A model generated the notes under the pieces. The model saw only the letters and a list, made by a program, of their open reading frames with translations, did not search any database and was not told the origin of the DNA. A program made the position numbers and the translations under genes. Positions 28,087 to 41,356 of a stretch of DNA of 64,000 nucleotides are shown piece after piece. Location of the stretch: positions 2,232,001-2,296,000 of the forward strand of contig NW_027271100.1 in NCBI RefSeq assembly GCF_040938485.1, written 5' to 3'. The DNA comes from Diadema antillarum. Taxonomy: Eukaryota. Within the stretch, counting starts at the first letter, position 1; each line of letters opens with the position of its first letter.

Positions 28087-31001
28087 CTATGAAAGGTTCT
28101 TTTTCAATTTTCTTTTAAATGAATTCAACGTTAAACAATCTTTTATACTACTTGGTAAATCATTCCACAATTTTGGTCCTTGATAAGTTATGAATGAATG
28201 TGAAAATTTAGTTCGTCCATTTTATATGGAACTCGAATATGAAATTTTGATCTTGTATTATAATTATGAATATCAATATTCTTTACAAATAATGAACTAA
28301 ATAACTCTGGTAATAATTCTTTACTGTATAAAAACATAAATATGGCAAGATTATACTCATAGAGTTGATATATTGGTAAAATATTCAATCTAATAAACAA
28401 TGGTCTAGAATGAGACAGAAATGATGACTTTGTTATTACTCTAACAGCTCTTTTTTGCAGCTTATGTAATCGCTTTAAGAGATACTTATTGCACTTACCC
28501 CAAAGTATAATACAGTAATTAAGATGAGGGAGTACCAATGTATTATACAGCAACAATAATATATTTTGAGGTAGACAATCTCTCAACTTGCCCATGATAC
28601 CAACATTTCTTGAAACCTTGCTAAGAATTTGAGCAACATGGCTTTTCCATTTCATTTCTTCATCAAGAAAAATTCCCAAGAACTTTACAGACCTCACGTG
28701 TTCTATCTTTGTATCATTAATATATAAGTCTGTGTCAACATTAATTGAATTACTATTATCAAATTTCATAAAATGTGTTTTAGTAACATTCAAAACTAAT
28801 TTATTTACAGAAAACCAATCATTAACTTTAGCCAATTCAATATTCATCAAATCTTCCGCTTGATTAATATCTTTATGCTTCAAAAATATGTTGGTATCAT
28901 CAGCAAACATCAAAAATTGCAATACAGATGAGGCAGCAGGCAAATCATTTATATAAATGAGAAATAAAATAGGGCCCAAAATTGAACCCTGCGGAACACC
29001 GCAAGATATTGTTTGCATTTGCGAAGAATATGAATTATAGGTAGTAAATTGTTGTCTGTTTTCTAAATAACTTTTCATCAGCTGTAATGGTGACCCCCTT
29101 ATACCGTAAAAATAAAACTTACACAACAAAATTTCATGATCAATACTGTCAAATGCCTTTTTAAGGTCTAAAAATACCCCCAATAAAGATTCTTTCTGTT
29201 CTAAGGCAAGATTTAAATTACATAAAAAATCACAAGCTGCTAAAAGAGTAGAGTGTTTTTCTCTAAAACCAAATTGCTTCTTAAACAGAACATCATTTTT
29301 ATCTAAAAATTGCAATAATCGCACACTTATACATTTTTCAAAAATTTTAGCAAAACATGTTAACAATGAAATTGGACGATAGTTGGTAAAATCATCTTTT
29401 GCACCACTTTTATATACAGGAATAACTTTTGATATCTTGCCTGCATTTGGAAAGACCCCTTTTTCAAAACAATAATTAATCAAAATACTCAAAGGTTTAC
29501 ATAAAACATGAATTGCTCTTTTAATAACTTTGATATCTATAAAATCATAACCAGGAGATTTACCATTTTTAAAACTTAATACAATATCAATAATCTCCTT
29601 TTCTGTTACTGGCTTCAGAAAAAGTGACCTAATATATGAACCTTTGAGGTAAGAATGAACAGATAAATCAGTATTTGCAAAACTAAGTGATAATTTTTTA
29701 CCTATATCCACAAAATATTGATTAAATTTTTCAGCAATTTCCTCTTGACTATAAATCATACCAGAGTCATCTTTGAATTCAACATCTTCAGATACCGTAG
29801 CTTTTTTCTTAGCAAGTATGTTGTTAATTAATTTCCATGTTCCAGTACTATTTCCTTTCACATTCAAAAACTTTTGAGTATAAAATCTTTTCTTGGTATT
29901 TCTAACAGCATTTGTATACTTGTTCTTGTAAGTCACATAAACATTTTTACGATATTCAGTTGGATTATTTACAAATTTCCTGTATAATATATTCTTCTTT
30001 CGATACATTTTTCTAAGATTTTCATCGAACCATTCATTTTTATTGCTCTTAATGCAAACTTTCTTATATGGAAAACACTGATTGTATATGTTCAAAACAA
30101 TATCGACAAACATATCATACAGAACATTTGGATCAGAACATGTAGAAGATATCTTATCAGCATCAGATAAAATTTTAAAATCAGCTTTATCTATTTTCTC
30201 CAAGAATAAACAAATATTATCTTCATTTATGATACGTTTATTAATATAACTTGATTTCCTCTGCAATACAAATGAGTAATTTAGAAAACAAAATACAGGA
30301 AAATGATCTGAAATGTCACAGACAATAGAACCAGATGATACATTACATACGCTATTCACAAAAATATTATCAATCAAACTTTTGGAAGTTTCTGTAATTC
30401 TTGTCGAACTTTCAATCAGAGGTTCATATGAATATGATACTAATATTTCTAAAAATTCACTTGCAATATTACAACTATCAACTTTATTTAAGTCAACATT
30501 GAAATCACCAAGTATAACACAATCTTTTCCCTCTTTATCAATAATATTCAGAGACTCTCCTAATTTTTCATTAAATTCTAATACAGATTGATTAGGAGGC
30601 CGATAACAAACCCCTACAAGCAAACTTTTATTTGGTTTTGGTATTTCAATAAAAAGCGATTCACATACATTTCCAAATATACTTAAATCTGGTCTGACTT
30701 TAAAAGACAATTGATTATTAACACATAATCCAACACCCCCTCCTCTTTTATGCTCACGTTCTGATCCAACAAATGTATAACCATGGAACATATGAGGAGG
30801 TAGAGCATTGTCACTAAGCCAAGTTTCTGTGAGTGCTATAACCTTGAATGGACACTCAATCTGACTCAACGTAGCTTCAATCTCATTGTAGTTCCTATTC
30901 AAACTTCTACAATTAATGTGCAATAAAGAAAATAATGTATTTGGATGTGACTTAGACAGTTCGCTGAATTCAGTGATGCTATATTGATTACCAATATCCA
31001 T
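28087..31001 (-). pseudogene. LINE ORF2: apurinic-type endonuclease + reverse transcriptase; 937-aa open frame plus one frameshift near the C-terminus
   Basis: APE motifs: HINCRSL, ALTETWL, GGGVG, CYRPPN, ILGDFNVDL, LIDNIF, SDHFPV. RT motifs: NYRPISLL, QFGFR, FLDLKKAFDSIDH, GVPQGSILGP..FLIYINDL, FADDT, FLGI. The track ORF stops at 28188, but another frame continues RTKFSHSFITYQGPKLWNDLPSSIKDCLTLNSFKRKLKKNLS* to a stop at 28087-28089, the expected LINE C-terminus. The frameshift lies near 28215-28225. Confidence 0.95.
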
Positions 31002-31441
31002 ACTTGTGGGTAAAGGTCGACATTACGTGAAAGAACCTGACATCTGATGATTCATAAGGTACGTATAAAATTGTAAGTTCAAAATGCAAAATGTAATGAC
31101 AGAAAAGTTTTGACGGGTTAATACTATTCGAAATTACATAAAAAAGATCAACATGTACATATAACAAAGAAAACCTGATCATAGGGAAGATATACACTAT
31201 GAGTGAGCTAGATCAACTCACCAGGAATTTACAAATTTCATCTCTGTTGACTGACAAGAACCTGTACTACAAAATGTGTACAGCGCTTATGTAGCCCTGT
31301 TTCGGTGGTGTAACTTTTGTGGTCGTAGACTATGCCTCACTTTCACTGTGTGAGACAATGAAAATCCATTCACAGAAGTAGGTCAGCATGAAGAAGAGGA
31401 AGAAAAAATGTTGCTGCATGTAATGATAAGCATTACTGTCG

Positions 31442-32026
31442 TCATCTATTGTTACTTGGGCTGGGAAGGTTGTTCAGGTCTTGAATTGTTGCAATGAGTT
31501 TGGTGATTTTGTGACCAGTATTTGTCTTCAGGAGAGCAATGATCCTGCCGTCTGCTGTCCATGCCTGATCAACTGCTGGATGTGCTATGGTAGACTTGAG
31601 GAGCTGGAGTTTGGATGTAGTGAGGTCTTCACTTATACTGATGCCAGTTTTCTTCAAGTTTCTCCTACGGGTGATCATGTTGTGCCTGGGCTTGTAGCTT
31701 GTGAATTTGACTAATATTGGCCGTGGGTGATCCTTTGGTCTCCCTCCTTGCTGTCCACTTGCCTGGGCTTGGTTTTGTCGCGTTTTGGGCTTTCCGGTCC
31801 TGTGTGAACGGTCAATATCAGCAGGTGTGAGATGGAGACCAAGTTTTTCCGCAACACTGATCACGAGTTGATCAGTGTCTTCATCTTTGGTCTCTGACAT
31901 TCCAAAAATCCTCAAGTTGTTGCGTCGGCCATATTGTTCTAGGTCATCACATCTATTGCTGAGTCTGCAGCACGTTTCTTGCTCACTTTTGACACTTTTC
32001 TTCAAATTGTTTAATTTTTTTTTCAA
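31442..32026 (-). pseudogene. LINE ORF1 C-terminal fragment (coiled-coil end + L1-type RRM/CTD, Transposase_22-like)
   Basis: Motifs DDLEQYGRRNNLRIFG, DIDRSHRTG, PRPILVKF, ISISEDLT and AWTADGRI are hallmarks of L1-like RRM ORF1 proteins of CR1/L2-group LINEs. There is no ATG (the track uses TTG), so it is 5'-truncated. Confidence 0.88.
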
Positions 32027-33227
32027 ATCAACTTAAACGTGAAGAAAATACTCCTCACAATACACTTTAGATGCCTAAACTACACAATGAACTCGCCCAG
32101 TAATTGTATTACAGGGTCTTTATGATAACACTATAGTTAACGACCAGTGTGCTTTTCTTTCGGAAATTAATTGTTAGTATTAAAGCGTGCCATTCATCAT
32201 GGTCGATACATATATATGATTCTCGCCAAACATTTTTGTTTTTGTTTTTCCAGTGTTTTGCAATACAGCACAGCTCGAGACAAAGGGATTCATGTTACCA
32301 TGGTTAACTGCTTACACGATCCTTATCTTATGTTGCACGTTTTTGTGTCTTCCCTTATCTGGTACGGTATCTCTTTTTTGATATTGCTTTCCATCTCTTA
32401 TGTAAGATGATGTGTATCTTATCTTTTGTGAAAAGTTTATATGATTTCTTTTCTTTTCTGAAATGTGTATGTCTTTCATTATATTTTATGAAAAAGTCTA
32501 TATAAAGTGGACACATCATACCCACAAATCTTTCTCCAAACAAAGTAATATCGGTCGGCAGGTACTCGATGTGTATCAGAGAAGAAGCTTATTATGATAT
32601 CCTGACAATATATGTCAAGGATAACAATCAAAGACGAACATTTTATTTTTCTTATTAAAGAGAAAGAGGGAGAGAGTGGAAACCAGGTTGTATAATATTA
32701 TGATCATACTGGTTTTGGAACTTCGTAAACCAATGACGATGGAGCCTTGTTGATGTTCACGAAGACAAAGGCTTTATGACAGCAGAGTGCAGTCCAAACA
32801 TGAAATGGCAAATCCCAAAACCATTATCGCTAATGAAAATACCGAATTTCCATCCAGAATAATTCATGTCGTCTCGCAAAGACCACAATGTCGATATTGG
32901 AAAAAATACTTTTTCTCTTTCACATCACGAAATGTACAAATACCCATAAAATGACAAAAAAGGGACAAAATAATAAAGAAAATATGTGGTCTTCCCTGGC
33001 ATACTGATCTCCATGGAGCAAAAGAGCACATATGAAGCTTGCGTATAACAACGTCATTTCATCATATCGTGCAGTTGACCTGAAGTTGGTTCAAATTTAC
33101 AGTGGAATTTTCATTTGACATATCTTTAAAGCTGGACAAAATCCTCTCATATAAAAGTTCCTCAGCCTCTCCAAGGGATTCGTAAGAAAGAGGACAAGGT
33201 TTTATTTCATGTTTTCTTGTATCTTCC

Positions 33228-34111
33228 TTCATTTTTGTTTGCTTTTTATTGCTGCATTTTTCGAAGACAAACTAATTATATATGATATGAAACTTAGAAA
33301 TATGTGATGTACATTGCATACATTACTGTTAATATCATATTAGAATGATTACTGTAATAAATTTTATGGTTTATTTGATTAAATTTAGTTCCGTTTCGTA
33401 GTGGCTAAAAGGAATAAATCGTATTGCATAATCTATCATTGACGGCAATTCATTTTTGTTTGCTTTTTATTGCTGCATTTTTCGAAGACACAGAAATTAT
33501 ATATGATATGAAACTTAGAAATATGTGATGTACATTGCATACATTACTGTTAATATCATATTAGAATGATTACTGTAATAAACTTTATGGTTTATTTGAT
33601 TAAATTTAGTTCCGTTTCGTAGTGGCTAAAAGGAATAAATCGTATTGCATTATCTATCATTGACGGCAATTCATTTTTGTTTGCTTTTTATTGCTGCATT
33701 TTTCGAAGACGAACAAATTATATATGATATGAAACTTAGAAATACGTGGCGTACATTGCATACATTACTGTTAATATCATATTAGAATGATTACTGTAAT
33801 AAACTTTATGGTTTATTTGATTAAATTTAGTTCCGTTTCGTAGTGGCTAAAAGGAATAAATCGTATTGCATTATCTATCATTGACGGCAATTCATTTTTG
33901 TTTGCTTTTTATTGCTGCATTTTTCGAAGACGAACAAATTATATATGATAAGAAACTTAGAAATACGTGATGTACATTGCATACATTACTGTTAATATCA
34001 TATTAGAATGATTACTGTAATAAACTTTATGGTTTATTTGATGAATTTTAGTTTCGTTTCGTAGTGGCTAAAAGGAATATATCTTATTGCATGATCTATC
34101 ATTGACGGCAA
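33228..34111. repeat. Tandem array of 4 x 221-bp AT-rich units (minisatellite/satellite-like)
   Basis: Units start at 33228, 33449, 33670 and 33891 (ttcatttttgtttgctttttattgctgc...attgacggcaa). They are highly similar, contain no ORF, and are followed by an A-run. Confidence 0.97.
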
Positions 34112-34769
34112 AAAAAAAAATCAATCTAATTGATGTAGGCCTACACACTGAATTTATTTGGGGCGGGGGTTGGTAAAGGAGAATGAAACTTAAACATATG
34201 TATGTTCATTGAGTACATGCCGAAATTGTAGTTGAAAACAGTAAAATTAAAAGCAGACAATCCGTTATTAAGCTTGGAACTTTTGAAGTTTTGATACCTC
34301 CGTCGCTGGATAAGTAGACTATAATAATTCGTGACGTCACGGTTGGACAACGTCTAAAAGAAATAATATAAAAAGAGTTACTTCCACTTGACCCTGACAT
34401 CAAGTCAAATATGTCACATGACAAATATTACTAGTCTCCCCCCGGTTTCTGAAAAAAGATTAGCCATCCAGTCCCCTTAATTGTGCAAGAAAATGAAAAT
34501 AGGTCGAATTCTCATTATATTCTTTTATATCGTTGTCCAACTGTGATGTCACCGATTGAGGTAGTCTCCGTATTCTGCGATGGTGATACAGAATCTTACA
34601 AATTCATTTTTTTTTTGACTGATGTTCCGTATAATATTTGACTAATGTATCGTTCAAATACTTATCCATTCTCTCAATCCACAACATTCTCATTCATACA
34701 GAGTCCTACTAATAATCGCACTGAAAGGCAAGGTCACAATCAATGAAAGACTAGACCTCTCCCAAGAAG

Positions 34770-35145
34770 ATAGTGAACCGGTTTGCTGTAGGATTTTACC
34801 ACGAAATTAAAGAACGTACATCAGTGGTTGTTGCACACCACAGTCTGCAAGAAAAGACGTCAAGTCGCTGCAAACCAAATCCCTATGCAATAATTATATT
34901 AGCAGGAAATTTTAACATCCCCAACATATTAACTCATCAAGCAATGAAACCATCTCCCTTATGGCCCAATTCAAGACCTTTGAATTAACAAATACATGTA
35001 GAATGTCATTTTCTCTACGTGAGCGAATGAGATTGGAACTGAGAAGAATTAAATTTCTTCTCTACTACTCAACCTGTACGAAACAAGGATTTCCTCCCAC
35101 ACACATTGATAACAGACCACTCAGTCGTCAGGGTCAACATTGACT
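34770..35145 (+). mobile_element. Decayed LINE apurinic-endonuclease fragment
   Basis: AVGFYH...IIILAGNFNIPNI (compare GDFN.P.I) and, in another frame, LITDHSVVRVNID (compare ISDH..V); frameshifted. Confidence 0.6.
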
Positions 35146-35627
35146 CTCGACGTAAACCAACAAAATTAAGCAGGGATGATGTTCCCCTCTTACGTGCTTA
35201 AACATTTTCAACCATTAAACATATTTTTGAAGCAAAAGCGTTTCATTATACTTGATACTGTGCCTGTGAATTATGATTTGCGGATATCACCCGGTGGAAT
35301 TGAAGATATGCTGTCTTCCTATATATATATCAAGCAGTAATACCATCATAGTTTTGATTTGTAGCTACAACCAAAGCCTTCGAGCCCATAGACACCATCC
35401 AATAACGACATGATGAATGTAACAGTGTAGTTCGTACAATGTGATAGAAGATTGCAGCTACAGTTGTGTCATTTGCACGTATTATGCCCTCGTATCTCCT
35501 TCAGATACCCCGCGAGACATTTACATCTTATGTTGAATGAGCCTCATGACACCAAGGAAGCATTTGCATTTAAGTGAGAATTTGAGCGAAATTGGACACA
35601 TAGTCACGAAAGTCAAGGCTGTTTAGT

Positions 35628-35852
35628 TGGTTAGTCAGAACGTTCATGATCCCGAAAATGAAATAAGAGTTTTTTTTTTCTTTTGTTTCGTAGGTACTTT
35701 AATCCGAAAATGAAATAAAGTTCGTTATTTCGAAGGTTCGTAAATTCAAAAATGAATAATGTTTTCTTATTACGAAGGCCGTACGGACTCACCTTATTCC
35801 CGCTTCTTATCATCTCTGGATTAACGAACCACCGAAATAACGAACATCATCC
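35628..35852. mobile_element. Degenerate copy of the TTCGGAATAACGAA MITE family
   Basis: Shares tccgaaaatgaaataag, ttcgttatttcgaaggttcg and ggattaacgaacc..gaaataacgaac with 59053-59405. Confidence 0.6.
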
Positions 35853-36365
35853 GTTAAGCCATCAACGAATTAACTTATAGATAACAGTATAACGTCCTGA
35901 GAGTTGCTAAAGCCTTACTAAATCAAAGTTCATTTATCACATTGCAGCATATCTGTGTCAATACACAGAACATTGCTTTACTAGCGCTTGGTCTCAAAAG
36001 TTGAAAATCTAAATCACACCACGGGTATAGCAAAGTAAGACACCAAAGCTAAGAGGTATGCTATACAACAGCATTCATTAGCACAGACTATGTCCAGTCA
36101 CGTCAGGATTGATATTTGCTTTTGGTTTGGTTTTTGTAGCCTTGATGTTGCTACCCGTTTCGGAGGGGTTTGATCATTTTAGGAAGTATTTGCATGTGAT
36201 TTTTATTTGACTGTATTTTAGACTGAGAATGTTTTGTTTTTGAGAGTAATGACAATGAAGATATTATTGTATTATGACGACAATTGCAATATAGTGATAG
36301 AAATATAAACAGTTATATAAATGTTTGTGATCATTACGTTATAGTAATATAGCATTTCAAACGTA

Positions 36366-37549
36366 CACTCTCATTTCTGCGGCGTCAAAAATAACTCGGA
36401 AAGTGTGAAATGTGACTCGGAAATGGCGCCAGCTGGGAGTCAACTCCTTCCGAGTGAAAGCTATTCGGACTTCCGAGTCAAATGATTTCACTCCGACTCC
36501 GAGTCACTTTCCGAGTCATTTCTGTGGCGTCAAATTAACTCGGAAAGTGTCAAATTTGACTCGGAAATGGGGTCAGTTAGGTGCAATCTATTCAAGCAAA
36601 TGACACGGATTTATGAATCAAAAGATCACAATTTCACTCTGATACGGTGTCGTTTCCCGCATTGTAAGTAACCCATTTTGGTGTAGTAATGACTCGGATT
36701 TGGTGTGCACTTTTCTGGAGGAATGCGGAATGGAGGAATACATAGGAGTTTTCATCGGTGAGCACCCACCTCATTCACAACATTCATGTAAATAATTGCC
36801 TGAAACATGGTCTAAACAGTCAGTTTTATTTAGGGCAAAATGAACTTTCGACACGGACACATTGACTGGTAATGGCGTAGCCATAGGCGGCCGTACGGTA
36901 GCTCGAATTAGCAATCAGGATCGTATGTGTATTTTATGTATGTACAGTGGAGGTGTAGCTAGGTAGGTTCACATCTATTGTAGATTGGTTCTAACGTATA
37001 ACATACAGCTCAGGGCTACGTGCAAAAGGTACGAGCTACCGTACGGCCGCCTACGGCTACGCCATTACCAGTCAATGTGTCCGTGGCGAAAGTTCATTTT
37101 GCCCTAAATAAAACTGACTGTTTAGACCATGTTTCAGGCAATTATTTATATGAGTGTTGTGAATGAGGTGGGTGCTCACCGATGAAAACTCCTATGTATT
37201 CCTCCATTCCGCATTCCTCTAGAAAAGTGCACACAAAATTGTCAACCTTGAAGACAAAGAGTTGCAAGACATCTCGCGGATTGTCGAGAAATAACGCTTT
37301 TTTTTTCGCGGGGGTACTACGTCACATAGGCCACATGACATGTTTTGTGCAATTTATTGTGTATGTCATGTACACCGCGCTGGGTACTTCTGATGTGACT
37401 CTGCACAGGTTTAAAAAGTCCGATAATCAAAATGATAACTCGGATTTGAGTCAAAAGTACACGGTTGGTATTAAATTTACACGGATCGGAATGAAAATTT
37501 TTTGACTCGGATTCAGAGTTGAAATTTTGACTCGGCAGAAATAAGAGTG
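36366..37549. mobile_element. Non-autonomous CACT-terminated (CMC/EnSpm-like) DNA transposon with TA TSD
   Basis: Ends are TA|cactctcatttctgc ... gcagaaataagagtg|TA. Multiple subterminal GACTCGGA/TCCGAGTC motifs occur at both ends. The superfamily assignment is inferred from the termini only. Confidence 0.75.
36703..37234. repeat. Long inverted repeat (foldback): ~203-bp arms at 36703-36905 and 37032-37234, 126-bp spacer
   Basis: The arms are reverse complements with 5 mismatches counted by eye. It lies inside the CACT element. Confidence 0.95.
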
Positions 37550-37577
37550 TATGATTAACAAAAAGGAGTTACGTATA

Positions 37578-37621
<44 letters not shown>

Positions 37622-37686
37622 AGTGCGAGAAGACATGGGCTTGAAGGAGCTACTGTCTGGTTCTGTACAAGGTCGGAACTCCTCGC

Positions 37687-37731
<45 letters not shown>

Positions 37732-40700
37732 GTATATCATATATATATATATATATGTATACATATATATTATACAACACATACATGTTGGAACTGCTCT
37801 CCTGTATGATTCTCCCCATGAAGGATATCTCGCCCATCTAAAAGTTGATTCAAAGTCATAAAAGTTTACTCATTTTAATCATACTGAGAAGAGTGAGAAA
37901 CACGCAGCAATTTGATGGAGAGATTACATTACCGAAATAAATGATAATGCATGACAATCTCTTTGACCATGATGGTGATCTTAGGATATCATATGCCGCA
38001 TTACCTTGTTAATTTGAACAATTACTTTTTTGAAATTCACGTTTATTGTGTTGTCCACTAACGAGCTAGAAGCAATGTTAGAAGTACCTCGGTCCGTAAA
38101 CAGCCTTACGGAAATTGGCTTCAAGATTTTTGTTTTGATTTTTTTGATTTTTTTTTTTTTTTTTGGGGGGGGGGTACGAGGTCTCTGTAAAATACTATAG
38201 ACCGAACAAAAAACGATACAGCTGGGTGATGTCTTTGTCAATCCTCTGTCATCCCAGGGTCCGATCTTTTTTTTTACAAACATATCTGTGATTATTGTAA
38301 AGCATAATAAATTGAGAGTTACCCAGGCAAACACCCAAACACGGCTGATCATATTTTTTTTTTCGTGTTGATGGCATATGACACATTGCAATCACAATAA
38401 TGGCAACCGGGTGCCTTACGAAACAGGACCCAGGTGTTGTTATGTCTTTTGTTTCAAAAATCAGTTGTTCATTTTGTTTGATTGATTTTAGTCCATCTGA
38501 TTTTTTTATCACACTTCCTGGGACGTTTGTTCTTTCGTTCAAAGCTTAGCCTAGAGGAGCCCATCCAGATCAAGCAAAGCCAATGTTGAATAGCCAAGTA
38601 CCGTGTATAAATGAATTTTAAGTGGAGTTATTCTTTTCTCCGGCCATTTTAAAATCTAAACAGTTTTTGCCCTCAAGGCAAACTGATAATGCGTTACTTC
38701 CATCGCATAATGCCACACAATTTTAGGAGAAGTGCAGAGAATAAAGAGAAGGAAGACTCGCTCGAGCGAAAATCTTGGTGCCCCATGGGGTTGACATTTC
38801 CCAAACTCCTGTTAACAATGGCATCCTGAAATGCTATTCCGGAAGGAAAGCCTTGCCGGGAACACGAGCTGCCCGTAATGCAATGATGAACATACCGCAA
38901 GGCATAAGCATCGATGATTGGGACTCGGATTTCTCACCCATAAACGAGGTGACATGATTCGAGCGACTGATGGAGCGATTGGGGAATTGACGGAGGTGCT
39001 GCAAACACGACTCGGACAACCCCCTCAAGTCTGCTAGTGATCTTCACATACCTGCCATGTCTGTTAGCCACATCCGGTACATGAGGCAGGGAACTTGAGA
39101 AATATTGAATTTAGTCATTATGCAATTATTGAGAACCTTTAAACAGTATTTCATAATGATTGAAAAGAACAAACGTATCCAGGCGGTTAGAATTTCGAAT
39201 ACTGAGGAGGAGAGTACATGTACTTTATTCTTTTAAAAAGAGGGATAAAGCAATCTTAACTCGCTAGCTGACGACAACTTCCTTTTTGAAAGAGAACACT
39301 GTGCATTTTGTGTCCAGTATAACAATGACTCGAGATAATCACATCTTGTTTCTGCTTTCATAAATACATGATATTGATTTTAACTGATATCTTACCGGGA
39401 GCTACACTTGAAAAATCTTGTGAATGCACGCGCCAGTTTACAAAAGATGTAATAACCATGGTTTACCGACTTCTTTTAATAATTATACAAGACAAGAGTA
39501 CGTAATTGTAAAACCTTTCCAATTGCATTGAATATTGTTACTTCATCTACACTTGTTTCCTCTCCTGCATCCTTAAAGGTATATTTTACCTTTGGGAGCA
39601 GAGATTAAGAAAAAAAAAACAATGCTCAAGTTACCACATTTGATACATTTGTGTATGTCAATTGTGTCACAAAACATCCTACCATAAAAACAACGCAATA
39701 AAGAGCAAATTATAAGGAGATATCACTATTTTTCTCAATAAACCATAGGTGTAGACGGTTTATTCAAGAAACAATTTTATTAAAACTATTGTTGATATTT
39801 TGTTTATCTAACAATACTTAACATTGATTACACTGATTAACATTTTCATATTGGTTGTTTCTATCCCTAACTCACATTTTAGAACTTTTTGAAGCACTAA
39901 AGTTGAGTTTTTATTTCATCTGCAAATGGTAAATAATGCCTTTAAGCTCCACTGAAAACAAAAACGAAAATCACCCTGTGTTTCGTAAGACTCGAAACCA
40001 CCCTGTCGTGTGTGTCGCTCGGTAGGGTTTCCTGTATAGATACAAACATAATCATATCAACCGAAAAATTAACGGGTCTTTTGCAAATAAGTCGCATTTC
40101 GCTCTTTTCTGGTCATAGTGGCTAAAGACGCTCTAAAGAAACACTGAAATCAAAGCCACATTATCTTTCTGCAGAAATTTTTAATAAGTTCCATGGTTGT
40201 GTTCGTAGGAATAGACTTACAATATACTAGATAATCCCAAAGAGTATGGTACAATGTTCTTATTACATCTTACGTTTTCGAACAGATTTTTGAATTGATT
40301 AATTTGATACGCCCAACATAGTATGTCTAATACGATAAGATCAACACAAAATGGCGCCTCTGTGTAGCTTGTGGATGTTTGATGTAGCAATCAAGTTCAT
40401 TTACAATGTTCTGATTCCACTGCGTGACTCCGTATTCAGATTGGCAGGAAATATCCAGCCATGTCTGTGTAGCCGTGGGAACTTTTATCCAGTTGTGATC
40501 AAGACTTACGAAAAAACAAACCGAAATGGGCTGTAACGATAACAGATGAGTCCGCCCGCAATCAACGAGATAACTAGACATGGACCACGTTCAACATTGA
40601 CTCCCGTCTTTAATGCCGCTGGTGTTGGAAAAATGTCGACGTAACTGCTTATTCTGAGCAGCTAGGGCAAATCAGACGTGACACCGTTCGTGCCATGCTG

Positions 40701-41324
40701 GTGGATGTTCCGCCCTGATCCGAATTAGCGTAATGGCGGCTAGACAAAACTTCGATTGCGTCTCCATCACTGAATGCGCAATCCAAGGCCTTTTCATCTG
40801 GGTCTTGGCGCATGAAGCAGAACTGATGTAATTACAGGTGCGTCGGGTTGAGCGAGGTCGATTATCATTCATGCCAACTGAATCCATCTACCCTCTGAAT
40901 TTCCCTTTCATTTTTCCTTGCTTTCTCTCCCTCCCCCTCTCTGCCTTTCTCTCTCTTCCCCTCTATTTTCTTATACATGTACTTTGCTGCAAAGCAAACT
41001 ACTTTGAGAGATTATGAAGTTGCCGAATTCCGTCGTACATCCGATCGATGGTTTGCTGAATGATGGCTGCGGTGCACATGGAGCAATCGGACCGGGTAGG
41101 CTGTCCATCAGGTTCTAGAAAAATATAAGCTTTTTTTTTTCCCCGAAGCTTGAGTGTTGAGACGCAATGACTCGTGCCATGCAAAGCATGGCGGTGTGGT
41201 TAGTGAATTGTTTATTTTCTCTTGAACATCTTGTTATGGAAATGCCGGTGATACGGTACTGAAACATCGGCCTCAACATAATTATATGGGCTTGGGTAAC
41301 TGAGTGTAAGTGAGTGTATGGGCA

Positions 41325-41356
<32 letters not shown>

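Larger units (their letters stand above)
27674..32030 (-). mobile_element. 5'-truncated non-LTR retrotransposon (LINE) of the CR1/L2/Crack group: ORF1 fragment, ORF2, 3' UTR, (TTGAA)n tail
   Basis: The minus strand carries an RRM-type ORF1 followed by an APE+RT ORF2. The 3' UTR has a hairpin (ttttatgga-aac-tccataaaa, ~27.9 kb) and ends in AATAAA followed by (TTGAA)n at ~27674-27703, a tail typical of L2/Crack LINEs. No clear TSD; the 5' boundary is approximate. Confidence 0.93.

Noticed and set aside
33228-34111. CRISPR-like or RT-associated array
   Set aside because: The units are contiguous 221-bp near-identical repeats without unique spacers, there are no cas genes, the context is eukaryotic, and the neighbouring RT is a standard LINE ORF2.
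40327-40887. LRR/TLR pseudogene fragment (VSLDHNWI..WLDIS); similar hint at ~47050-47150
   Set aside because: Only single partial LxLxxNxI matches, with no repeated periodicity and no TIR domain.
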